DNA from: Guillardia theta CCMP2712
Lineage: Eukaryota > Protista > Cryptophyta
DNA length: 42,363 nucleotides
Direction: 5' to 3'
Assembly: GCF_000315625.1 (NCBI RefSeq)
Contig: NW_005434575.1
Coordinates: 241,208 to 283,570 of the forward strand
A program made the translations under genes and the position numbers. Of this stretch, positions 11,501 through 27,221 are shown piece after piece. The notes below the pieces were generated by a model, which searched no databases, had not been told where the DNA came from, and saw only the letters and a program-made list of their open reading frames with translations. How positions within the stretch are numbered: position 1 is the first letter of the stretch; each line of letters opens with the position of its first letter.

Positions 11501-14500
11501 TACTTCTCTTCGTCCTCCTCGTCCTCCCCCTCATGAATCCCTCCTCCAGTACCTCTCCTCGTCAACCGCCTCTCCCTCTCCCTCGCCCCCTCCCCTTGAT
11601 CGCCTTGACGATGCTTCAGGTGCATACCAGGATACGGCAGTAATCTTTCCTCCACCTGCTCACTCTGCCCCATCGGCACCTACAAGTTCTTCGTCGCTAC
11701 CGTCGAATGCCTCACGTGCCCTGGAAACTTCTCCACCCACCAGATCGGTCATCTGCCATATGACTGAAAAGGACCCCTCTTACCTCCTGTCCCCTTCGCA
11801 GGTTCAACCTCGTGCGAGTGCTCACCTGGCTTCCAACTGGAGGGCGGCAACTGCACGCGCTGCCCTCAGGGTACTTGGAAGAACTACACTGGCAACGAGA
11901 CTTGCTCCTCCTGCCCCCCTGACTCCTCCACCGTCCCTGGGGCTGTAGAGATCACAGACTGTATCTGTAACGCTGGCTACGAATGGGTGGACAACGGATG
12001 CAGTTTCTGGTCAGCATCCTCGCAAGCCTTCCGCCTCTCCCCCTCTCCCTCTCCTTCTCTCTTTCTCCCTCTCCCAATCTCTGTCTGACAGCTTTCTTCA
12101 GTTCTTTCGGAAAGATTCGGAAAGATCTTTCCTGGTCCTCTTGCCAGCCCTGCCCTCCAGGACGCTCGTCCAATGCGGACCGAACCGTCTGCACGTGCGA
12201 TCAGTATACCTACACCAACAAAACGACCGGCAACTGCCATGAGTGCCTTCCGTAATATGATCTTCTCCCTCCTCCCTCCTCCCTCCTCCATTCTCCTCCT
12301 CTCCCTCCTCCTCCTTCTCCTTGTCCTGCTTCTGTTCTTCCTGCACCTCCTCTGCTCGCCTTGCTCGCCTGACCTCCCTCGCTCAACAGCTTCACCGGCT
12401 GCGCTCAGGGCGAGTGGTGGAAAAACTGCTCTGAGTACGAGAACGCCGCCTGCATGCCTTGCACTTCCCTTCAGCCCTGCCCCAACGGCTTCTACTGGGA
12501 CTCCTGCCAGGCATGGGACGACGCGCAGTGCCGTCCATGTACCAACAGCAAGCCTCTCAATGCTCACTTCACTCGTCCTGGACTCCCTGCCGCCCCAACC
12601 TCCTGTCCCTCCTGGGCCTGCGACCAGGGATACGAGGAGATTGGAGGAGACTGTGTCGCCTGCCCTAGCGGCAAGTACAGCAACCGGGGACAGCCCTCGT
12701 GCTCTTCGTGTCCTGGGGATACAGACTCTCTCCTCCCCGGTCAAGGTTTCTGTAGAGCTTGCAAGACAGGTACGTCATGAGATGGGAGGGGGAAGGAGAG
12801 CTACTGGAAAGTTCTTTTTCGCTGCTCACTGTCTACTTCTCTCTTACCTCTGTTCTTGTCTGCTACTTCTCTACTTCTGCCCCTCTTATCCTCCACTCTC
12901 CTCCTCTCCTACACGTCCTCCCTTCTCCCTTATACATGTCTTCCCTTCTCCCTGATTGTTCAGTGGCTCAGGCTTCTACATCGAGTCTTTCGGCATGGAC
13001 GGTCACGCTATCTGCACCCCCTGCCCCGACAACTCAACCACAAGTCCCAACCAGAACATCTACAGCTTCTCTACCTGCCATTGCAGCAGAGGTTACATGG
13101 GCTTCAGCTGGAAGTGCCAGCCATGCCAGCCGGTCAGACAGTCTCCATGCTTCTCCAACTCGTCTCGTCCTCCTCTTCTTTCCTCTTGTTCTCTCCTTCT
13201 CCACCTCCTCCCCTTGTGTTCTCCTTTTCTTCCCCTCCTGCCCACTCGTGGCACAACTTTAACAATGTCTGCAGGGCACATACAAGCCCAACGTCACAGG
13301 GTCAACAGATCTCCAGCTATACTACAGCGGCTTCCAGCTGCTGGACCTCTGCGTCAAGTGCCCTCCCATGACCTTCAACGACCTTCCGGGTCAGTCCAGC
13401 GCCTCCTCCTGCCTCCCCTGCCTCCCTGGCTCCACAGCTCCAGAGGGTTCAGCGAGCTGCTCCTGCCCAGCTGGGCAGTACGACACAGACCCAACCGGTC
13501 AGGCCTCTTGCCTGCCCTGCCCGTCAAACACCTTCAACGACCACGCTGGTCAGCTCGGCGTCAGCTCGTGCCTTCCCTGCCCGAACAACTCCTACTCCGC
13601 CGAGGGGCAGGTTGCCTGCTTCTGTAACTACGGTTACTTCTCGGCTGGTCAGTGCCTGGGTTGCCCAGCTGGGAAGTACAAGCAGGATGTTGGGTGCTTC
13701 GACTGCCCAGCGTTCGCCACCTCCAACGAAGGGAGCGTGAGCTCGAGCCAGTGCTTCTGCCGGGGAGGATACTACGGCTCGCCCTCCTCCTCCTGCCTGA
13801 TCTGCCCGCTCAATACTACCTCGCTCCCCGGGGCAGCAGCCACACTCTCCGACTGCATCTGTGAGGAGGGCTACTACGGCTCCAACACCGACTGCGTCCA
13901 GTGCCCCTTGTTGTCAAAATCTCCGGCTGGCAGCACCGTCCTGTCAAGCTGCACGTGCGTCCCAGGATCGGCCGGAGACCCCGGCAGGAACATCAGCTGC
14001 AAGCTCTGCTCCGCGGTAGACCCCAACTCGTACAGCTGGGAGTCTTCCTTCAACTGCTCCTGCAACGCTGGATACTACGGCTCCTTCGTCTTCGTGGAGG
14101 ACAGAGTCCAGGTCAACTGCTCGCTCTGCCCACAAGGCACCTACAGCTCTACTCCAGCAGTCACCCACTGCACGTCATGTCCCAGCAACAAGACTTCTCA
14201 GCTCGGTAGCACCAGCTTGAGCGCCTGCACCTGCCCCACAGGGACCGTGGAGGCCAGCGGCGAGTGCGTCGTGACCCAACGCCGGCTCTTGGCGTCCTCG
14301 GACGAGGTTTCCTGTCCTCCCAACTCCTCGCAGACGATGTCGGGCTCCTGTCTCTGCGACCCGGGCCACTTCAGCAGCAGCGGAGCCCCGCCCTGCTCGC
14401 CCTGCATGGAGGGGACGGTGACCAAGTTCGCGGGGTCAAGCAGCTGCGCCTCATGCCCAGCTGGCTCGATCTCCATCCAAGACAGAACAAGCTGCGTGTG

Positions 14501-15389
14501 CCCGGTGGGACAATACGGACAGGCCGGCTCCTGCGTTCGCTGCCCGTCAGGCATGCTAGCGGTAGCAGGAAGCGACGAGGCGTCGGACTGCGAGTGTGAG
14601 GAAGGGTTCTACCTCCATGAGGAGGAGGAGGCATGCAGGCGTTGTCCGGAAGGGTCCAGCTCGAGGAGAGGAAGCGTCGGGCTCGGCGGCTGCGCTTGTG
14701 TCCGTGGCTACTTCGGGAGGCCATGGGAGGGACGAGGCTGCTCAGCCTGCCCGGCGAACGCGTCCTCGGAGGAGAACTCGACGACGGCACAGGAGTGCTT
14801 CTGCTCAGCTGGCTTCTACGCAGGGGTGGGAGAGGATCTGAGCTGCAGTCGCTGCCCTCCTCGCTCCTTCTCCCTACCTGGCAGTCGCTCGATATCCAAC
14901 TGCATGTGCGACGAGGGCTTCTACGGCAACCTCTCCGCACACCAGGACTGCTCCCCGTGCCCGGCCAACTCGCTGGCGGTCGGCAGTCGCCTCCTCCTTT
15001 CCGACTGCCTCTGCATGGAGGGCTACTTCTCCGTCCCCAGCGGTCGCTGCCTCGCCTGCCCCGCCAACGCGCTCTCGAGCCTCGGCAGCCGCTCTATCTT
15101 CGACTGCACGTGCAACGCCGGGTACTACGGTACCCCTGGAGTTCTCTCATCCCCCCCGACCTGCAAGGCCTGCCCAGCTGGAAAGTACAGCTGGGGTCCA
15201 GTCCGGCTGACGGAGGACTCCTGCTTGTCCTGTCCTGCCCACTCGATGTCGAACTCAAGCAGCCTTTCACGGGAGGACTGCAAGTGCGCTAGTGGGTACT
15301 GCAGGGGGGAGGGAGAGAGCTGGGAATGTACACCCTGCTCCTGCCCTGCTGGACTCGACGGCAAGATGTGCCTGCTGAGGGAGCTGTGA
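8569..15389 (+). CDS. Large secreted cysteine-rich repeat protein (GCC2_GCC3/ephrin-receptor-like and TNFR-like repeats)
   Basis: N-terminal signal peptide MRGLAVLAYASLLQLAWLVLLAQG, then dozens of CxxCPxG(T/S)Y...CxC repeats across ORFs 8569, 9341 and 13368. Small exons at ~10.9-13.3 kb are separated by pyrimidine-rich introns. There is an apparent +1 frameshift at ~9515, and the protein ends GKMCLLREL*. Confidence 0.88.
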
Positions 15390-15788
15390 GGATGAGAAGC
15401 TGAGAAATCTCGGTCGAGTCAGCTGGATACAGTGTTGGAGGGCAGCTGAGGGTGTTGGGGTAGTGAGATTGTTTGGCTCTGCTCTTGTTATTCTTTGTGT
15501 GTTAGAATCTCAACAAGAATCGCTCACTGTGACTTGATCCCCTCGATGCTCATTGAACTTTCGACTCCACCGCCGATACAGGGCAGGCTTGCCCTGCACG
15601 GCAGCACGTCTCTTCTTCTCTAGCCTGAGTCCTGCAGCTTCTACCGCTCTCAGCCAAGCTCCGGCTTCCTCCGAGGCCCGTCTCCGACAGTCACGGCGTC
15701 TCAGTCACTGTCTGGCCGCGGCCGCGGGCAGTACTGCCTCGTCACTAGCTAGATCTGAGTAAGAGATATGAAGCTAGTCCCAGCTCTC

Positions 15789-15897
15789 TTTACTCAAAGT
15801 TAAGTTAAAAATCAGGACGAGGACAATCAGAAAAGAGAGCTAGTACTACGGTAGTCGTTTACTCAAAGTTAAGTTAAAAATCAGTACGAGGGCAATC
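15789..15897 (+). promoter_or_regulatory. Two tandem copies of a conserved ~40 bp motif TTTACTCAAAGTTAAGTTAAAAATCAGnACGAGG(A/G)CAATC
   Basis: Copies at 15789-15828 and 15858-15897, just upstream of the coiled-coil gene. The same motif is at 19822-19861 (-) and 29045-29066 (+). Confidence 0.6.
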
Positions 15898-16169
15898 AGG
15901 AGGGTTCCGATCACTTGTCAGGCCCGCGCCGGAACAGACCGGAACAAAAAAAAGATTTGACAGGGAGGTCAGGCAAGACGGTGATGGAGGAGGATGAAGA
16001 GGAGGAGGAGGAGGAGGACTGAGCTGGAGGGAGTAAGGGAGAGATTGAAGGGAGGAGGCGAGTTTAGAGGAGAGCGGGGGATAGAGGATGAGTTCCTTCT
16101 CCATCATTCGTGAGGAAAGGAGAAGAAGGCAGCAGCACTGCCCACTCTCTGACCTGCTCGTGGCAGGCA

Positions 16170-17875
16170 TGAACGGTCTGGACGAGGACGAGATCTCGAC
16201 GGTGCTGGAGATGCGCATGGAAGGCATAGCGCGACTGACGGAGGAGGTGAGGAGCCTCGAGAAGGAGTACAAGGCTGTGCTGGCAGCCAGCGGGAACCTT
16301 AGGAGGGAGCTAGAGGAGTCCAGGGGGCGGAACTCGAAGCTGCAGAGGGTCGTCGCCAAACTTCAGCAGACGCGGCACGTCACGGAGAGGAGGGAGGAGG
16401 GAGGGAGTGCAGAGAGGAGTATCCTGGTGAGCTCGGACAGGATCCTCGAGATTTTCAGAACTTCCTCCATCTCCATCCATCCTCGCTCCGACGATCCTTT
16501 CCTCCCTGGAAGAATCCAAGACGTTCTCACTCAGCTGGTGGAGGAGACGAGGAGGACGGAGGAGGGGCATGTCACCGCTGAGAGCTACGAGCACGCCCGT
16601 AGTCAGTTGAGGCTGTTCAGGGAGAAGGCGGATCAATGGAAGAGGTAGGAGGAGGAGAGGGGGAGGAGCAGGTCGATGAAGTGGAGGGCGAGGAGTGGAG
16701 GGCGAGGAGCAGATGGAAGGAGTATGAAGAGGAGGAGTGGAGAGGGAGGAGGAGAGGGAGGGGGAGAAGGAGAGGGAGGAGGAGGAGGTGGGGGAGGAGA
16801 GGGAGGAGGAGGAGTGGAGAGGGAGGAGGAGGAGGGGGAGGAGGAGAGGGTTGGACTCATGAGGCATCGCAGTCGATGGGTGGAAGCGACATCGTCACTG
16901 AGGGAGCTGAGTGTCAAACTTGCGGTAGCAGAGATGGAGAAAGATTGTTGGCACGTCAAAGCGCTGGAAGAGAAGAGGTGACGAGTCGTAAGTGATGTGC
17001 AGATACTGAAGCAGCCTCCTCCCTCCCTCCCTTTCCCCTCCTTCCTCGTCTCCTTCGTTCGCTTCTCCCCCCCCTCCTCTTTCCCCTCTTCTTCCTCCTT
17101 CTTGCAGCGCACTCGACAAGCTGCAGTCTTCGGCTGATCGCTTCGACCTCCGAGCAGAACGCATCGTCCTTTCAGACAGCACGCGAACGGCTCTCAAGGA
17201 GCAGATGGAAATGGCAGAGTACAGAGCAGCTATTGAGAAGCTGCGGGCAGGTAGAAAGACTGCGATGAGAGAGGAAGCAGAGAGAGAGACGAAGGAGAGA
17301 GAGAAGAGAGAGGGGAGAGGAGAAGGGAGGTAAGAGAAGCGAGGGGAGGGGAAGGGAACGGAGGGGAGGGGAGGGGAGTGACATTTGGCGCTGTAAAGTT
17401 GAGCTGGAGGCGAAGCTACAAGAGGTGGAGCAGGACTGCCGGGAGGTTCGTTGACGGGGATAAGAGAGAGATCCTTATCAAGCCATGACAGGCGCACGTC
17501 AAGATCGAGAACTTAGAAGGGACTTGCTGGCGGATCTCCGAGGAGAAGGGTAGATTGGAGGTGCTTCTCGTGATACTCCTGCTCCTGCTTCTCCTCCGTT
17601 GCCTTTGTCATCTTCCACACCACTACAACCACCACCATCAACCCGCTCCTCATCACTGTTGCCCTTCTGTGATGGTACTCTACTTCTCTCCTCCTCCTCC
17701 TCCTCCTCCTCCTCCTCCTCCTCCTCCTCCTCCCTCGTGTTGCTGCTCTGGCCGTTGACTCACCTGAAAAGACGCTCCTGGACGAGGCCATTGCTACTCA
17801 AATTGACCTTGAAGCTGTGAATGCGGTAATCCTGCATCCTCCCAGTGACAGTTCTGACCCTCCACCTCCTTCTGT

Positions 17876-17919
<44 letters not shown>

Positions 17920-18114
17920 TTGCTCCTGCTCTTGCTTCTGCTCCTGCTTCTCCACTTCTTCCTCACCCTCGTGATCTGCTAATCCTCCTCCACCGCGGTC
18001 ACGATCGCTGCCTTCCTCGCCTCTCCTGCTGGAACGACGCAGAGGATGAAGAAGCAGCTGGAAAGTCTCGGCCTCGAGGCTCAGGTGCTGCGCCAGCTGC
18101 ACGTGCGAGAGTGA
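16170..18114 (+). CDS. Multi-exon coiled-coil protein of unknown function (first exon probably near 15.98 kb)
   Basis: Heptad E/R/L-rich exons (MNGLDEDEISTVLEMRMEGIARLTEEVRSLEKEY..., LRELSVKLAVAEMEKD...). The last exon RMKKQLESLGLEAQVLRQLHVRE* stops at 18112-18114. Confidence 0.6.
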
Positions 18115-18247
18115 CGGGGGGCCTTGTCGAGGATCACTTCTTCACTCATCACAATTAGCTCTTCCTCTTTTCACGTTAATCCATTAGCTCAACCCCTTTG
18201 CAAGCACACCTGCACGAGCCCTGGAGGCAGGAAGGGCAACAGGCCCT

Positions 18248-19694
18248 TCACTTCTTCCCTCCGAAGCCGCCGAAGCCCATCATGGCCTCGAAGCCGTCGT
18301 CCAGCCCCTCCTTCTCCTTGGCCCTCTCCTCCTCCTTCTTCTGCCTCTTCAGCTGCAGACGCTTCAGTCTCTTCACAGCCTCATCCTCCTCCTTCATCCT
18401 CCTGTTCCCTCCCTCTTCTCCTCTCCCTGTTACTTCCTCCTCAACTGTTTCTCCCTCCCTCGATCCGTATCTCCACTTACCACTCGCTTTGCCTCTTTGC
18501 TCATCTCCTCCTCCTCTCGCAACCTGTCATCCACCATCACTCTGCCTATAAGGAGACACAACAAGGCCTCTACTTTGCAATGCGCGAGTCCAGCTCGTCC
18601 AGAGCAGCCACCTCGTCGTCGACATCCTGAGTAGCCTTCTTGCGATCCGACGGCCGATGCTCCCTGCCTGACGTTAGACCCTCCACACAAGCAGGAGAGC
18701 TGCGGCTCATCGTACCTCATGCGCTTCTGAACTTGCTCGAGAGTTGCTCTCTCGCACCTGTAAGCAAGGAAGCAGTTAGCAGGAGGAGGAGGCAGCAACA
18801 TCGTTCACTCACCTCATGTTCATCCCAAGGGCCTGGTTGTGCTTCTTTCCGTTGATGTGGTCCAGCCAGCTCATGCTGTCCTTGAGCGAGCACTTGCAGA
18901 CTTTGCAGTAGAAGCTGGAGGCTCGTCATCCGACAAGGATGTCTCTTCCTCCCTCCCTCACCCTCCACTGAGCTCCAGGGGTGTGTTTGACGAGACCACA
19001 ATCGCCTTCCCGACCTGCATGGAGATACTTTAGGCCCTCGCCGACAACATCGCAGGCATCGTGGCATCACCAGCTTGTCGATCTGAAGATCATTGCCGTC
19101 TCTCGACCTGTTCCTGTCGAGGGCGTCGCGTCGGATTACGGTACCTTTCCGTATGTTACAAACATGCTCAAAAATCAGGGACGTCTGAAGGACATCCAAG
19201 AGAGCACAATCACCAGAGTAAGACGATGACGATGCTGGATCAGCCTGCACCATCTCCATCAGTTCACCTTCGTCGTGGAAGTTGCTGCATCACCGCAACT
19301 TTCAGCATCTCCTCTGCTTTCCTTTCGTCGGCTTTTCGCTGATATTCATCCACATTCCAAGTTCGTCGATGGACCTTTACAATGTTGTGAGCATGTTATC
19401 ATGGTCATCTAAAGATGTATCATATCTATGCCATTTTCCTCCACCACGACTCTGCGCAACATAAAATACCATCTCCTGTGATCTACATTCTGCTGCTTTT
19501 CTATTTCCCAGACCCATGCTCGACCTCGCCTCGTCCTCCTCTCTCATCTCCTTCTTCTCATCCCTGTCTACATACATCCTCATCCTCATCCCCGTCTTCA
19601 TCCTCGTCTGTACTCCTCGTTCTCCTTCTCCCCATCCTTTCCCTCCTCTCACCTGAAGCTTCGCTCCTGCCGCAGCGGCATTCTTGTCTGCCAT
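18248..19694 (-). CDS. ZMAT2: Zinc finger matrin-type protein 2 / Snu23 (spliceosomal B-complex protein)
   Basis: Spliced exons read VHRRTWNVDEYQRKA, GGFYCKVCKCSLKDSMSWLDHINGKKHNQALGMNMRCERATLEQVQKRM, and C-terminal AMMGFGGFGGKK*. These match ZMAT2 motifs. The 5' exon structure is not fully resolved. Confidence 0.92.
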
Positions 19695-19821
19695 CTCGAG
19701 TGGTGACCGTTACATGTGTTCAGGATGCTTGCGTTGACGAAGAAACGATAGGTAACGGTCTTTAACGGTCTGTTTCCAATGGCCCGGCGGAGGGTCCGGG
19801 CCCGGGAACTGAAGTCACTGG

Positions 19822-19861
19822 GATTGTCCTCCTAGTGATTTTTAACTTAACTTTGAGTAAA
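19822..19861 (-). promoter_or_regulatory. Third copy of the ~40 bp motif, ~130 bp upstream of the ZMAT2 ATG and in the same orientation as the gene
   Basis: The reverse complement reads TTTACTCAAAGTTAAGTTAAAAATCACTAGGAGGACAATC. Confidence 0.6.
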
Positions 19862-21329
19862 AGCCACAGTGGGACAGTATTGACAGTAGTAGTAGTGAAC
19901 TTTGAGTGAATTATTGTACTTCTCCCGTTCCGATCGTCCTTGAGGGTGGGGTGCTTGGGTAGGAGACTTGTCCACCGGTGGTGATTATTGAGGTAATCTG
20001 GGTGGGGTATGAAATACTACCGGTCCTTTTGAAGGATTTTGACATGGAACGATAGGGTGATTGTAGCGGTAAGGTGCCTGTGCACGGGGGTACGGAACAA
20101 GTTCGGAGGAAGATAGGGTCATATTGCAGTCAAAAACACCGGTACCCCAAGATAAGGGGAGAGGTGAAAGATCGTATCGGGGTGGGGTGGGGGTATTACA
20201 GTACGGGTGGTGAATACGATTCACTTTTTGTGGAGGGTGGTGGGTCCAATTTCACCGGTACTTTATACTAACAAATCGCTATAATTGACGGGTGGTAAAG
20301 TTAAGGGGTACCATTGGAGATCTCAAGGTGGGTGGTATTTCATAATATGAGAGCGGGAATGCATGCAACGCAACGAGGCGACGGGCAGCAAGGAGGAGGA
20401 GGAGGAGAGGAGGAGGAGAGGAGGAGGAGAGGAAGAGAAGAGATGAAGAGAGAGTTGTATGGGGGAGACAGAGCAAACTTGGTAGAGAAAGGGAGAGGCA
20501 TGATATGGTGTAGATTGTGCAGTCAGGTGAGGATTAGGACGAGCAGTTATGGGGTAGGAGTAGCGGTGCATGGAGCGAGGGTGGTTAACTTGCAAGTAAT
20601 GGGCGATAATCTGAAGCGATGCAAGAGATGAAGGAATGGATGAGAGATGGTAATATGCAGGAGAGTGGTACGTGTCTTGCCATGCCCTGGATCATCGTGG
20701 GGGAATCCTCACCAAACTCAACATTGCACGAGACATTACATGGAATTTAGGCGGGGTTGAATGTTGAGCGGGGTTGAATGTTTGTTATGCAGTCAAGTAT
20801 GCAAGTCTTAGTTCGTTAGAGCGCATAGAAGCTCTCATGGGCCAGGGCTCTGAGCTCCTGATCCATCTGCGAGATACCATGCATTTTGGTTTCAAAGGAA
20901 CAGGGAGATTACAGCGATGTGAAGTACAGTACTGCTGTAAACAACAGTGAGAAAAGAGTGTTGCTAGTATCTGTTCCCCAGGCACAAAGTTGATGCTGTT
21001 CATGCCGTCTTGATCTTCCATTCAAGGACGTGCAGGCTTTGTGTGGCTGACCTTTCTTAAAGCTCACAGTGATAATTCAAGGATTGAAATTCTTGCTGAT
21101 TTCTGAGTGCAGCCAGTACAGAAAGGCAAAGAGCTCGTGGTACTGATAGCTCTGCTTACTATGTCTGCAAGGTTCCAACTTCATTTCCATTTTGTCTTCG
21201 TCGTGATGGGGTTTGCAGTGCGTGAGGGAACGGGTAATGTCGTTTTATACTGCTGCAAGGGGTGGCAATGCAGAAGACATCCGACAGTTCTTGCTACACG
21301 GGGCAGATGTACATCAGAGATTCAACGAT

Positions 21330-24601
<3,272 letters not shown>

Positions 24602-25035
24602 CGAGGGAAAGGGTGTGTTTCAACAAGAGCTCCTTTACTCCCCTCGGCTCCCACTTCGAGAGGGAGAAGGACAAACAACTTAGCTTCTGCTCCTTGTTCT
24701 GGAAGTGGACGAGAATGAAGGGCGCGGGCCTGCAAAGAAAGTCAGAGCTCCGGGTCATTCCTTTCCCTCTCCTCTGCCTCTCCTACACTCCTCGTTCCTC
24801 CTCTCAATCATCATCTTTCTTGTGCACACATTAACTTCACATCCCCCTCAGTTCTCCTGATACACTCCCCGATCTTGTTCTTACTCCCCCCACACACATC
24901 CCTCCCTCCCTCCCTCCCTCCCTCCCTCCCTCCCTCCCTCCCTCCTATTCCTCTTCCTCCTCTCACCTTTACGATCAAATCCAGCAAACAGACGACTTCC
25001 TCTTGGCCGCCCTCGCGGTCGCCCTCTCGACCTCC

Positions 25036-27149
25036 CTACCTGCGTGCCCAGTCAGCACTAGGAGGAGGATGAGAAGGAGGAGGAGGCGTCACCGGTCCAT
25101 CGCTCGCTCCTACTGCTGCCTCCTCCCCGTCCTTTGGCCCTGAGGCCCCGCTGAGAGCAGGAAGGTGGAAGCCAGGGATGATCTCGATGTCGTTGTCCTC
25201 AGACGGGAACTTGCCCTCCTCCTCATCTCCGTCGTCCATCAGGAAAAGGAACGTCCCGTCCTCCCCGCACCCTCGGATCCACCCGCAGAACCACTGGGAG
25301 TCTTCGTATAGTATGCGCACTCTACTCCCCACGAGCCTCCTCCTCCTCCTCTCCTCCTCCTTCCCCTTCAGCAGGACTGCAATGTCCTCCTCCTGCCTCC
25401 TCGCCACCTCCTCGTCCGGTGACAAAATGATTCTCATTCCCGAGGAGGGGATGTTTTCCTCTACGCTGGACCCGTCCAGCATCCTGATGAGCCATCGTCC
25501 CCCTACCTGCTCTGTGACTGCTCCTTCCCGCTCCTTCCCCTTGACCTTCACCTTCACTTTGCAGCCCAGGAAAGATCTCCCGCTCCTCAGGGAGAGTGCT
25601 GGTACCGGAGGAGGGGAGGCAACGAGATCCTCCTCCTCCTCCTCTTCTTTGTCCTCCTCCTCCTCTTTGTCCTCCTCCTCCTCTTTGTCCTCCTTCTCCT
25701 CCTCCTCTTTCTCCTCCTCCTCTTCCTCCTCCTCCTCCTCCTCGTCGTGCTTCTTGTCCTTCATGTGCTTCCTCTCCTCTTGCTTCTGCTTCTTCCTCCG
25801 CTGCTTCTGTGTCCCCCGCCATTTTCGTGCTCCCCCGGCTCCCTCCTCTGTCGTCGCCCCCACTGCAACCTTCGTTGCTGTCCCATCCCCTCGCCTCTGC
25901 TGCAGATTTCGTTTCTTCTTCCCCTCATCTTGCTGCCCCACCCGCAGCTTCTTGAGATTGGACTGACTAGCGTTATTCTCCTCCTCCCTCTCCCTCTCCC
26001 TCTCCTTTTTCTCCTTCCCCCTCCGATCTTTCTTCTCCTTCTCCTTCTCCTTCTCCTTCTCCTTCTCCTTCTCCACATTCATCTTTTCCTTCTCTTCATG
26101 GTGATGAGACGCTTTTGCTGCCGATGAAGCTTTCTGGCCGTGTCGAACTCTTGTCTGCGGTTTTGCAACATCTGTCAACCTTTTGTCCTGCAACGATCTA
26201 GTCGATTCCTCCATCCCTTCCACATCAGCGTCATCTGAATCATTTTCCTGCTCTATCTTCTCCTCCTTGTCCTTGTCCTTGTCCTTGTCCTTGTCCATGT
26301 ACTCCCTCTCTTCCTCCCTCCCCTCCTCCCTCTCCTCCCCTCCCCCCCCCTCTCCCTCCCTCTCCTCCTCTTCCAAAGTTCTTGACAGATCCATCGCAGT
26401 CTTCAGTCTTGGAATTCTTCCTCCCATCCTCCTTAAAGCACTGGATCGCTCCCACTCGCTCTCCTTCCATCCTCCTGCTCCTCCTCTTGCTCCATCTCCC
26501 CCACCTCAACCGGCCCGACTCTACTCTCTCCTCTATCCTCCTCGCTGTCCATGTTCAACTCGATGATCTGACATCCTTCCTCCTCCCCCTCCTCGCTGAC
26601 CGACCAGGAGGAGGCCGAGCTGCTTGCACTAGCACATGACGAGGACCTTGCAACTTCCACAGGCATGGGACCGGATCCTCCATCCCCCGCCTCCTCCCCT
26701 TCATCTCCCTCCTGCTCCACCGCAGACGTTTCTCTGACCTCGATGACAACCTTGGCCTTGACCTTCCCCACAAGGTTGGACGCCGAGATGGAGAATTGAG
26801 TGCGGGGAGGGAGCCGAGCAGTTCACCAGCACGTCTCCTCTGTCTCTGTCGATCTTCACAGCGTCGCAGGTCGGCGAGATCTTGTAGGAGAGAGGAGGAG
26901 ACCCGTCGCTGTAGAGCACGTTCAGCGTCAGCACCCGTGGAGCAGCAGTCCGCATCTGCAGAAGGAAGTAGGTCGACGCATATCGAAGGAGGCGTGGGGG
27001 CTCGAGGACGAGGATATGGAGGTACACATGAGTCCTCTTGCCCATGCTCGCTGCTTCCACCTTATAGTTGTGCATGACTGCTCCGGCTCCGGCTTCTGCT
27101 TCTGCTCCGGCTCCGGCTTCTGCTCCTGCTCCGGCTCCGGCTTCTGCTT

Positions 27150-27221
<72 letters not shown>

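Noticed and set aside
15789-15897. Two ~40-bp repeats with a ~30-bp spacer, superficially CRISPR-like
   Set aside because: Only two units, no cas genes, and a eukaryotic context.
15858-19861. Inverted pair of the 40-bp motif flanking two genes as a possible Pack-MULE or composite transposon
   Set aside because: There is no target-site duplication outside the copies. The enclosed ZMAT2 is an intact housekeeping gene, and the inversion follows simply from each motif lying upstream of one of two convergent genes.
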